From contig CAWFAK010000001.1 in NCBI GenBank assembly GCA_963813715.1, positions 1 through 53,867 of the forward strand: a DNA stretch of 53,867 nt. The letters are read 5' to 3'. The notes under the pieces are model-generated. The model was not told the DNA's origin, did not search any database, and worked only from the letters and a program-made list of their open reading frames with translations. The DNA comes from an uncultured Planctomycetaceae bacterium (GTDB taxonomy: Bacteria; Planctomycetota; Planctomycetia; Planctomycetales; Planctomycetaceae). The translations under genes and the position numbers were made by a program. Shown here one piece after another: positions 18,090 to 26,733 of this stretch; positions within the stretch are counted from its first letter, which is position 1, and each line of letters starts with the position of its first letter.

Positions 18090-20438
18090 TTACGGCGATG
18101 CGCCGGGCCGGGACCGCGCCCCAATGGTAGTAGCGGTGGTTTGGCAATACGCCGGTCTTGGCCAGGTCGATCGGCTGGAAGCCGAGTTTCCAAGCGGGTG
18201 AGTCGGGCCTTCAGGCGCAGATCGCCTTTCTCGAGATCGACGAACCGCGGATCGGCGCAGAGGCTGTCGTTTTCCACGCCCAGCGGTTGTTGCCCGTCGA
18301 GGTATCGCTGGCCCCAGTTTGGATCGGTGGGACACCAGTAAAGGTTGTGGTCGGTGTGGGTCCCCTTGAGGCGGTCGCCGGGCCCCGTCGAGAAGGAGCG
18401 GTACTCGAGCACGGGCAGGTAATCGTTGCGCGGCGAATAGACGATGTTGCGCTCGATCCGCGCGCCAGTGATGTCGAGCTTCGCGTTCTTGGGGCCGTAG
18501 GGATAAAGGCCCGGCAGGCAGATGTAGCCGTGCACGATGTTCGCCGGCCGCATCACCCGCGGGCTCGGACGAATGTCCGCGATAACGTTGTTGACGATGT
18601 GGTTGCGGCCCGTCATCGAGATGCCGACTTGCACGCTGTGGATGCGGTAGATCACGTTGCCTTCGACGATCGTTTCGTTCTGCACGTCGTCGCAGCGGAT
18701 GCCGGCCCCCATGTGCGTGCCGGTGCAATCGTGGACGAAGTTTTGAAAGATGTGATTCGCCCGGCCGCAACCGGAAATGTAAATCCCGTTGCCGTCGCCC
18801 ATCGATTCCATGACGTGGTGGATGTCGTTCTTCTCCACCAGATTTTCGCGGGCGTGGAGGAACTTTTCGTAGTCGTACCACTCGCTCCAATCGAACGACA
18901 GTTTCGTCTCGCCGATCTCGGGCCAGCGGACCGCGCGCGACGCGTCGCCTGACGGGTCGCCGCGCCCCATCGAAACGCGTCCGTCCACCGCGATCCCCGA
19001 GTACGGCGTGTGGTGGATGAGATTGTGCGCGACGTGATTGCTGCCGCTCTGCCAAACCATGATCGCCGGCGTGGCCCAGTAAACCTCGCCGGTGTGGTGC
19101 ACCCAGTTGTTGACCACTTCGTTGTGGTCGTTCGTGTTTTTGGTGCCGGGGCCGTAACCGGCCAGCAGGATGGCGACCGCGCCGACGTGGCTGAATTCGT
19201 TGCCGACGATGCGATTCTGCTGGCACGTCAGGTCTAGGCGAATGCCGGTGCCACTGAGGGCGGTGAAGCGACAGCTTTCGACCGCGCATTCGGCAGCGCC
19301 GCGAAATCGCACGGCCGCCGTCGGTCGGTCGAACATTTCCCAGCTGTGCTGCAAACTCCAACCGGTGTAGCCGTGCCAGGGGAATCGGTCGGTGTGGCGC
19401 GAACGTCAGTCCCTGGAACACGAGACCCCGCACCGGCTGATCCCGCGGGCCGTCGTAGTCGATTTTCCCTTCGACTTTGACCAATTCGGTGAGCGCCGGG
19501 GCGACGATGTCCTCACCCGGCCGATCCCCCTTGGGCCAGAGATAGATTTTTCGCTGAGCGGCGCTCGTGACCCACTCACCGGGCTCGTCGAGTGCTTCCA
19601 GAATATTCTCGACCCACAGCGTTTTGTCGAAATACTTGACCCGCCCGATGGGCCGCGACGGAGCTGATGCCGTCCTTGCGATGCCGGCCCGCTCATCGAC
19701 CGACGCGATGGGCAGAATGTTCATCTCGTAGTCGCAGCTGGGAATGACCAGCAGCTCCGCCTCCTTGAGGTCCGGCCAATTCTTCACTGCACCCGCCGGG
19801 AAACGAAACTGGTTGAGCGGCTGGTTGGCCTTCACGAATTCCGGCGGCGTGAAACCCTTCGTGCGCGCCCGCGGCAGCCGCTCCAGTCCGTCGTATAAGC
19901 TGAAAACCCGCTCGAGCCCCACCGGCAGGTCGGCAACCCACACCTTGCCGCGCGCTGCGACCGGAAGTCCGGGTGGATTCTCACCCAGCCTGCGCCAGCC
20001 GCGAATCGGCACGCCCGAGCTGATAATCGGCGTCTCGCGCGGAAAGGCAGCATACGTGATCGTCCCGCCGTTCGGTCCCGAGTCTTCTAGCGCAAAGACG
20101 AGCGTTTCCCGCAGCGAATAAGTGCCGCCGCGGATGCTCACGACGAAGTTCTTTTTCTTCGACACCTTCTTCAACGCGCGCACGGCATCGCGCGCGCGTG
20201 TCGGAGACGCAAACGGTCCATCGCTGAGGTCCGTTCTCGCTTCCGCGACTCGGCCGGACCAGTCGTCTCGGCCATTGGTTGCGACATAGAAGTCGGCGGC
20301 AATCGCGACTGCGTCATTTGTGCCGGCGGAATTCGTCGGCGCGGCAGCTTGTGCGTCGGAGCAAATTGGAAGCAGCCCGCAGAGCACCAAGGCGAGCGCG
20401 GCGATCTGCTGGTGAGCGCGGTGCGACCGTTCTTTCAT
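18090..20438 (-). CDS. Secreted right-handed parallel beta-helix protein, carbohydrate-active candidate (indels near 19395 and 18200; end uncertain)
   Basis: Signal peptide, FYVATNGRDDWSG...DGPFAS, ALDEPGEW, repeated N..HH motifs, GDGNGIY, GIRCDD, ADPRFVD...GDLRL across two ORFs. Confidence 0.8.
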   Translation of the reverse strand: MKERSHRAHQQIAALALVLCGLLPICSDAQAAAPTNSAGTNDAVAIAADFYVATNGRDDWSGRVAEARTDLSDGPFASPTRARDAVRALKKVSKKKNFVVSIRGGTYSLRETLVFALEDSGPNGGTITYAAFPRETPIISSGVPIRGWRRLGENPPGLPVAARGKVWVADLPVGLERVFSLYDGLERLPRARTKGFTPPEFVKANQPLNQFRFPAGAVKNWPDLKEAELLVIPSCDYEMNILPIASVDERAGIARTASAPSRPIGRVKYFDKTLWVENILEALDEPGEWVTSAAQRKIYLWPKGDRPGEDIVAPALTELVKVEGKIDYDGPRDQPVRGLVFQGLTFAPHRPIPLARLHRLEFAAQLGNVRPTDGGRAISRRCRMRGRKLSLHRPQWHRHSPRPDVPAESHRRQRIQPRRRGRHPAGRLRPRHQKHERPQRSGQQLGAPHRRGLLGHAGDHGLAERQQSRRAQSHPPHAVLGDRGGRTRFDGARRPVRRRVARGPLARDRRDETVVRLERVVRLRKVPPRPRKSGGEERHPPRHGIDGRRQRDLHFRLRPGESHLSKLRPRLHRHAHGGRHPLRRRAERNDRRRQRDLPHPQRASRHLDDGPQPHRQQRYRGHSSEPAGDAAGEHRARLHLPAGPLSLRPQEREARHHWRADRAQHRLFAAQRLPARARVPLLLDGARRPPQGDPHRPQPLLVSHRSKLGPAIPRRATTAGRGKRQPLRRSAVRRSRERRSAPEGPTHPLGNSASSRSTWPRPAYCQTTATTIGARSRPGASP

Positions 20439-20460
20439 CTTCTACCCGAGACCGCGCTTG

Positions 20461-21256
20461 CTACTCGTGAGTGCCGACCACGCTTTGGTCAAAGTCGATG
20501 ATCGAACCGGTCATCAGCCCAGACCTTTCCGAGAGCAGGAACGCGGCCACTTCCGCGACCTCGGTCGGCTTCACGAGCCTGCCGAACGGCTGCTCTTTTT
20601 CGGCCTTCTGCAGCCAGTCGTCGCCGGCCCCGTGAGATTTCTTCTGCACCGCATCTTCGCCCGGGCTGTCCATCCAGCCGATGTTGAGGCCGTTGACGCG
20701 GATGCGGTGCTTGAGCACCGAGCAGGCGACGTTGCGAGTCAGAGTGGTCAATGCGCCTTTGGAGGTCGAATACGGCGAAAGAAACGGCTGCCCGCCGTGG
20801 CTCGACATGCTGAGGATATTCAAGATCGTCCCGGCGATGCCGCGGTCGATCATGGTCTGGATCGCCCCTTGCATCAGAAAGAACGGGGCCCGCACGTTGA
20901 TGGCCATGATGCGATCGAATAGTTCCGGCGTCGTGTCGAGGATCGTGCCGCGCTCGGAGGTGGCGGCACTGTTGACCAGCATGTCGATGCGGTCAAACGC
21001 CCGCCGAGCCGTCTCGGTGATGCGGCGGCAATCTTCGACCACCGCCAGGTCGGCCCGGACGAACTCCGTGCGGCAACCCCGGCCGCTCAACTCGCGGGCG
21101 AGCCGTTCGCCGTTCTCGGCGCTCCGCCCGCAGATCACCAAGCCCGCCAATCAGGCCTTCATCGACCAGCCGGCGGGCGATGGCTTCGCCGAGGCCCTGA
21201 GTGCTGCCGGTCACGATCGCGACTTTTTTGTTCTTATTGTCAGCACCGCGTGCCAT
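20461..21256 (-). CDS. Short-chain dehydrogenase/reductase (indel near 21150)
   Basis: [12 protein letters not shown] (ORF 20993-21265) joins LVNSAA, YSTSK, IRVNGL (ORF 20461-21150); ends 22 nt before the beta-helix gene start. Confidence 0.9.
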
Positions 21257-21512
21257 CGTCTCCAATGCTCCTCGACAATGAAGTTTGCTTGCACGGTACT
21301 GGTTGTGGCGGCGCCGAGCAAGGTGATGGAAACTTCACTGTTTCACATTCACACACGCAAAGAGCAACGACTACAGCAAGCAATCGACACGGATTGCCGA
21401 GCCGCCTGCTTAGCTTGATTCTGCACGTCCGCCTCGGCGCCGAACTCCTGCTTGGTTCGCCACACTTCGGCCGGCCGAGGTGACTGGATGCTTCGCTTGC
21501 CGCAATCGACAG

Positions 21513-23099
21513 TCAAGTGCGCCCGACGAAATCAGCGGCGACGCCTGGTTCCAACGCCGCCATTCGCCCCCTTACATCGTAGGACCAAAGTGTGCCGAAG
21601 TCGTAGATATAGAGCCTGCCATTGGCGATCGCGGGGTAAGACCAGGACCTTCCCTTGCGTTGCACGGGCGGATTCGTCGGCGAGAAGTGCCCTTTCTCGT
21701 GGTAGCCGTCAGAGGCGCACTCCACCAGTGCCACGTCCCCCTTGTCTTCGCCGTGCAAGTAGAGTCGGCCGTCCGCGTAGCAGATCGAGGCGGCGCCGAC
21801 GCCGTGGCTTTGCCACCTCTGCTTGCCGGTGACGGAGTCGACGCACTGAAGTCCGCTGGTGGAGGTTCCGTAAAGAAACCCGGTGATCTCGACGACGCCG
21901 CCGATCGCGTTGGGGAGCTTCTTGCTCAAATAGACCTGATCGACCTCGACAGTCTCGCCTTCAACCTTGAGCTTGATCAACCCGGCTCCGGCGCGGCCAC
22001 TCGCGCTGTAGATGTAGTTCCCGAACGCGACCGCCGTCGCGATGTTGGCTGGACTGCCGATCGCAGTCTTGCCATAGCGCCACAGGAACTTGCCCGTTTT
22101 GGCGTCGATTCCGACCAGCCCCTTTGCCAGGAACTGCACGTATTGTTTGATGCCTCCTGTGTTGATAACGATCGGCGAGGCGTACGCCGCCTTGTCGCCA
22201 CCGGGGACGGTCGACCTCCAGACCACATTGCCGGTCTTTTTGTCGAGTGCGACGATTGTGTCCGTCACGCCCCCCGGTGTGCAGACGAGCACGTCCCCGT
22301 CGATCAGCGGGGATTCCGCATAGGCCCACATCCCGGGCGTTCCGCCGAAATCGACGCGAAGATTCCTCTTCCAGAGGACGTCGCCCGACTTGGCCTCGAC
22401 GCACACGAGGTCGCCGTCCGAACCCAGGGCGTAGACCAAATCGCCGTCGACGGTGGGAGTGGAGCGGGCGCCGGGATACTGAGGACCGATATTCACGCCC
22501 ACGTTGCCAAGGCGCCGCGACCAGATAACTGTGCCGTCGTGGGCGCTCAGCGAGTGAACGCTTTCGTTCGTCATCCCTTTATTTGCGATCAGGAAGATGC
22601 GGTCGCCCACGATAGAAGGAGTCGAATAGCCAGCCCCGAGATCCTTGACTTGCCAGTTGAGTCGTGGCCCATCTTTAGGCCACTCTTTCAGCAGTCCGGT
22701 CTCGTGAGAGATTCCGTTGCGTTCGGGTCCGCGCCATTGCGGCCAGTCACGGACGGCACCCGGCTTCGCGGGATTCGGGTCGGAGGGGTCGTGGGGGGGC
22801 GGGTTTGGATTGACCGGACCTGGCTGAAGCGGTTGGCCAGTGTGTAAAGCTAGCGCACCAGTGCCCAATCCGAGGGCTCGTGGGCGACGGTTTGGCGTCG
22901 GAACTTCACCAACAATCCGCTGGCCAAATCCGGTCGAAGGTGCCTTTTCATCGGCTGTTAAGCTTATTCCCTGGTTGCCAAACAGGATAACCGGCACGAT
23001 GGCCCAGGCCGCTCTGTTAGATGTTTTCACAGCGAGTCTCCGACGTGGAACTTGCGCGGTCGATTTTGAGCCCCGACGGTTGTCCTTCTTGTTGTCCAT
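21513..23099 (-). CDS. Secreted PQQ-binding-like beta-propeller protein with Pro-rich N-terminal module
   Basis: DWPQWRGPERNG, GYSTPSIVG, GARSTPTVDG, YAESPLIDG, AYASPI, SWSYPAIANGRLY; start uncertain. Confidence 0.88.
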   Translation of the reverse strand: MDNKKDNRRGSKSTAQVPRRRLAVKTSNRAAWAIVPVILFGNQGISLTADEKAPSTGFGQRIVGEVPTPNRRPRALGLGTGALALHTGQPLQPGPVNPNPPPHDPSDPNPAKPGAVRDWPQWRGPERNGISHETGLLKEWPKDGPRLNWQVKDLGAGYSTPSIVGDRIFLIANKGMTNESVHSLSAHDGTVIWSRRLGNVGVNIGPQYPGARSTPTVDGDLVYALGSDGDLVCVEAKSGDVLWKRNLRVDFGGTPGMWAYAESPLIDGDVLVCTPGGVTDTIVALDKKTGNVVWRSTVPGGDKAAYASPIVINTGGIKQYVQFLAKGLVGIDAKTGKFLWRYGKTAIGSPANIATAVAFGNYIYSASGRAGAGLIKLKVEGETVEVDQVYLSKKLPNAIGGVVEITGFLYGTSTSGLQCVDSVTGKQRWQSHGVGAASICYADGRLYLHGEDKGDVALVECASDGYHEKGHFSPTNPPVQRKGRSWSYPAIANGRLYIYDFGTLWSYDVRGRMAALEPGVAADFVGRT

Positions 23100-23245
23100 C
23101 CATCGACGTCGCCTAAGTCTCTTTGCGACCCGAACTGAAGAATAAATCCCATTGCTTCCCGAGGCGACCGAAATAGGGTTGGAGCGACTCGAGTTAGGAT
23201 GCTTGAAGTACGACTCGGCAGACCGATCACCGACAATCGCTTTTT

Positions 23246-24277
23246 TCACCGCCGCCAATGCTTGCCGCGACCGCACTCTGTCGGCACGCATCGACAGGGA
23301 CCATAGACCGGAACGTATCCTGACGGACGATACGACTCGGGCGCGTTTCCACAGGGCCCGCAGGGATAGGGCACCGATGCATCCGAGCCGTGCGGCAGCG
23401 GACTATCGGATCCCGGAGCGGTGGATGCAGGAGATCCGGGTGCTGTCGAACCCCTTCCTCGGTCAACCAGTTCGCGGAGCTGCTTGATCTCATCCCGGAG
23501 CTGTCGCACCTCATACTCGAGCCGCAGATTTTGCTCCATCAGCCGCAGTTGCGCTGCGTACTGCCCCCAACCAAATTGCTCCTGGGAGTAAGGGTAGCCG
23601 TTACCACCATACTGTCCTTGCCCGTACGATCCCTGTGCGTTTTGTCCCGATCCCCCGGCCTGTCCTTGGAACTGTCCCTGGCCGTACTGTCCTTGCCCGT
23701 AATACGGGGCAGACCCGTACTGTCCCGGACCGTACTGTCCCTGCCCGTGATATCCCCCGGATTGCGGGGCCTGTCCCGCCCAGGAAGGTCCCGCCCCGCT
23801 CGGTGGTTCTTCAGGTGGCGCACCCGGTGGCGACGGTGCCTGAACGGCGGCCGGTTTTGTGGGATTCACGTCACGAACGGCGCCCGGCCTTGCGGGATTT
23901 GGGTCAGAGGAGTCGGGGGGCGGGCTTGGCTTGGGCGAACTTGGCTGAGGCGCTTGATTCGTCGCCCACGCCAGGACGGCATTGCCAAATGCGTTGGGTC
24001 GCGGATGAGCGTTTGGCGTCGCCGCGTCGACGGCAACGCTCTGCACGACGCCAGTTGCCAGATTCGACGGCACAGTTTCTTTGGCGGTCAAGCTTGTTCC
24101 CGGGTGCCCCAACAGCAGAACAGGAAGGATGGCCCAGGCGGCTCGAATAGGCCTCTCACGGGGAGTCTCCGATCTGTCACATCGGTCGGACGGTTGTCCG
24201 CCGGCAACGGACATCCTTCTAGTCGACACCACCAACGTCGCCGAACTCCCTTGCGACCCACTTGAAAAAGGTTCCAT
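23246..24277 (-). CDS. Putative secreted Pro-rich / Gly-Gln-Tyr repeat protein with coiled coil and Cys-rich tail
   Basis: ATG overlaps the CHASE2 stop (TGATG) with GGAG upstream; GQGQYG repeats; LRLMEQNLRLEYEVRQLRDEIKQLRELV; tail CGPC...PCRC...EC. Confidence 0.7.
   Translation of the reverse strand: MEPFSSGSQGSSATLVVSTRRMSVAGGQPSDRCDRSETPRERPIRAAWAILPVLLLGHPGTSLTAKETVPSNLATGVVQSVAVDAATPNAHPRPNAFGNAVLAWATNQAPQPSSPKPSPPPDSSDPNPARPGAVRDVNPTKPAAVQAPSPPGAPPEEPPSGAGPSWAGQAPQSGGYHGQGQYGPGQYGSAPYYGQGQYGQGQFQGQAGGSGQNAQGSYGQGQYGGNGYPYSQEQFGWGQYAAQLRLMEQNLRLEYEVRQLRDEIKQLRELVDRGRGSTAPGSPASTAPGSDSPLPHGSDASVPYPCGPCGNAPESYRPSGYVPVYGPCRCVPTECGRGKHWRR
23608..23750 (-). repeat. Degenerate 15-nt coding tandem repeat (GQGQY units)
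   Basis: Recurring ccgtactgtcc(t/c)tg units on the + strand. Confidence 0.75.
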
Positions 24278-25755
24278 CAACTCCGGAGCCGACCCCACAA
24301 TAGCTTGAAGCGAGGCTCCAGCCAATCAAAAAGCGACTTGAAGTATGGCTCCGCTATGAGATGGCAAGTCAATCCAATGTTGATCGCGATCAGATCGCAG
24401 AGAATGGCGAAATGCAGCAGCAGCTCAATCGTGATGATGAAGCTGATGACGAACGTTCCGAGAAGAACACCCAGCTTGACGGAGGGTCGCAATTCCATTC
24501 CCAGCAGGAATGCGAACACGGCGCCCGCAATAATATCCATGACCGTCGCGACGGGAACGGGTGTCACGGTTCGGCGGGCAAGCAGGCCCTCAATGTAATT
24601 CGCATGGATAAATACGCCGGGCAGCTCTCCGAATGGCGTATCGTAATTGTCCACGTGCGGGCCGAGGTCCAGGGCGCGGCTCGACCAATTTCCGCCAATC
24701 AAGGCGATCTGGCCCTCGAGCAGTTGAGACAGCTCAGACGGCGCTGTCTGTGGATCCCGGAGAGTGCTCACGGTGATGCTCACCATGTCCTCCGGCGCCA
24801 GAAACAAGGAGAGTCGCTTTTTTTCCGAATTCGTTCCTTTCAGCGCACGCGCCTGACGGGCGCGGACTGCGGCCAATGCGAATGAGTCGAGGCGGGAGTC
24901 ATCGGCAAGCCGCAGGACGCGCGGCACGTAGCGGACGTCATCCGGCAAGCTGACGTAGCCCCAGGAGACTTTGCTCTGCTGCTCCCCTGGCGGCGCGAAG
25001 TCGAACCCGTCATAGACGTCTGATTGGGCGAAGTAGAATTTTTTTCGCTCGATGGTCTTCGCGAGCACCACGTGGCACGTGCGACTCGTTTCGCGGATCG
25101 CCTCGAGCAAGTTGGCTGTTTCCTCGGCAAATTCCGGGGCGACGGGCAGTTGCAGCGCCCCCTTGTGGGCCGGCGCTCGCTGCTTCCCTGTGGGATCCTC
25201 TGAGCGAAGATTCACGTCAATCGCGATCACCGCGGGGTGATATTTCGCGACGTCCTTGACGAGTTGGGCTAGAAAGCGACGGTTGAGCGGCACCCGCCCC
25301 GCTGGCTCGCCTTTCCAGTAGGTGTCATCGTCGATGATGACGATCGTGGTTTCGCGGGCGTAGGGCCGCCAGGGCAGGCAGGCCAAAGCAACACGATATT
25401 CCTTGTACTGCAACTTGCGGACAATTTCGTTGTCTTCATACCGACCGACCACGAAGGGAATACCGAGAACGAGGACAAGCGAACCGCACCAATACCAACG
25501 GCGCTGAAGGATTGCGCTCCACGCACGCGATGCCAACCCTGGTCGTCGCGGGAATGCGATCTCACCCGGCCCCTGCGCCACGATGAACCGCGCGATCGGC
25601 ACACATGAGTTGCAATCTCCCGACCAATGCAGCGTGATCGTTGCGGAGTGGGCGCAGTGAGACCGCGTCTGATCCACGCCGTTAAGGCGGTTCCGCCCGT
25701 CAGAGAGATGGGGCCGCGTGCTACTCGCGCCGAGGTCCGCGGGCATGGGCATCAT
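24277..25755 (-). CDS. Stand-alone CHASE2 domain membrane protein
   Basis: IVIIDDDT, PLNRRFLAQLV, PAVIAIDV, LEGQIALIG, TPFGELPGVFIHANYI, then three TM helices and a stop; true start probably downstream of 25755. Confidence 0.85.
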   Translation of the reverse strand: MMPMPADLGASSTRPHLSDGRNRLNGVDQTRSHCAHSATITLHWSGDCNSCVPIARFIVAQGPGEIAFPRRPGLASRAWSAILQRRWYWCGSLVLVLGIPFVVGRYEDNEIVRKLQYKEYRVALACLPWRPYARETTIVIIDDDTYWKGEPAGRVPLNRRFLAQLVKDVAKYHPAVIAIDVNLRSEDPTGKQRAPAHKGALQLPVAPEFAEETANLLEAIRETSRTCHVVLAKTIERKKFYFAQSDVYDGFDFAPPGEQQSKVSWGYVSLPDDVRYVPRVLRLADDSRLDSFALAAVRARQARALKGTNSEKKRLSLFLAPEDMVSITVSTLRDPQTAPSELSQLLEGQIALIGGNWSSRALDLGPHVDNYDTPFGELPGVFIHANYIEGLLARRTVTPVPVATVMDIIAGAVFAFLLGMELRPSVKLGVLLGTFVISFIITIELLLHFAILCDLIAINIGLTCHLIAEPYFKSLFDWLEPRFKLLWGRLRS

Positions 25756-26275
25756 TCTTCACAGAATTCTCGGCAATTTCAATACGGAAGAAAGCAAGAC
25801 CGCCGAGGAAACCCGCGTTTCCTCGCTCGCGTTGAAGTCTGCTATGCGCGGCCTGCCATGATCTGGCAGCGCGAGGCGTCACGATGCTCTGATGTGGCAG
25901 GTTCAACCTCGGACCAAACTCGGACGAATCGGTCCAGCAGCGTCGCATGTCCGGACCATGGCGCTGACCTCCAATTGAAATCCGGCTCGTTCTCGACAGA
26001 CGAGGTTGCGGAATGCACTGCACGCTTCACGCCGCAATCTCTTGCGTACCGCGCGGCGCGGATTCCCCCACAACAACATCTGAGGCGCAATCGCCCCGAA
26101 GGCGTCGCAGCCGTGGCACCCGAATTCCCGGACACCCTCGCGGCGAGCCTCGGGCATGGCAGCCGCACGGGTCGCTGCGACGCGATTGCAATCGCCGGGG
26201 CTTCCGCCGCCACCCCCGGTAGCCCTCGCCCGTTTCTGCCCCGAAAGATTTTCCCAAGGACGTCAAGAAAAGCTA

Positions 26276-26321
26276 TTGACTACGAGCATAGTCTCTCGTA
26301 AGGTTGACTACGCACATAGTC
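26276..26321 (+). promoter_or_regulatory. Sigma-70 promoter overlapped by two BlaI-type palindromic operators
   Basis: TTGACT(26276)-17 nt-TAAGGT(26299); GACTAcgagcaTAGTC (26278-26293) and GACTAcgcacaTAGTC (26306-26321); RBS aggagg follows. Confidence 0.8.
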
Positions 26322-26334
26322 AGGAGGGGGCACG

Positions 26335-26733
26335 ATGACGCCGCCACGCGATCCCCTGGGGCATCTGGAACTCGATGTCCTGCGATACATTGCCGACCAC
26401 CATCCCATCACCGTCCGTGAGGTCGCCAATCATTTTGCGGAGACGTCCGGCCAGGCGCGGACCACGCTGTTGACGGTCATGGAACGACTGCGCGCCAAGG
26501 GCTATCTCACACGCCGCAAGTCGAGCGGCGTGCATCGCTATTCGCCCACGGTCTCGAAGAAAGAGCTGCTGCATCAAATTGTCGGAGACTTTGTCGAGGA
26601 CGTTCTCGGCGGATCGCTTTCACCATTCGTCGCCTATCTGACCCAGTCGTCGGTGCTCAGTCGTGAGGAGGTCCGCAGGCTGGAGGGGCTGATCAAGCGG
26701 ATGGAATCGCTTGAAGAGAGGAGCGAGCCATGA
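26335..26733 (+). CDS. BlaI/MecI/CopY family transcriptional repressor
   Basis: LGHLELDVLRYI...TVREV...ARTTLLTVMERLRAKGYL...GGSLSPFVAYL. Confidence 0.93.
   Translation: MTPPRDPLGHLELDVLRYIADHHPITVREVANHFAETSGQARTTLLTVMERLRAKGYLTRRKSSGVHRYSPTVSKKELLHQIVGDFVEDVLGGSLSPFVAYLTQSSVLSREEVRRLEGLIKRMESLEERSEP

Noticed and set aside
23608..23750. Short repeats as a possible CRISPR array
   Set aside because: 15-nt degenerate in-frame coding repeats, no unique spacers, no cas genes in the window.
25756..26275. Long intergenic stretch with several short ORFs (also 43253-43785 and 21257-21512)
   Set aside because: No motif, codon bias or recognisable RNA structure that I can support.
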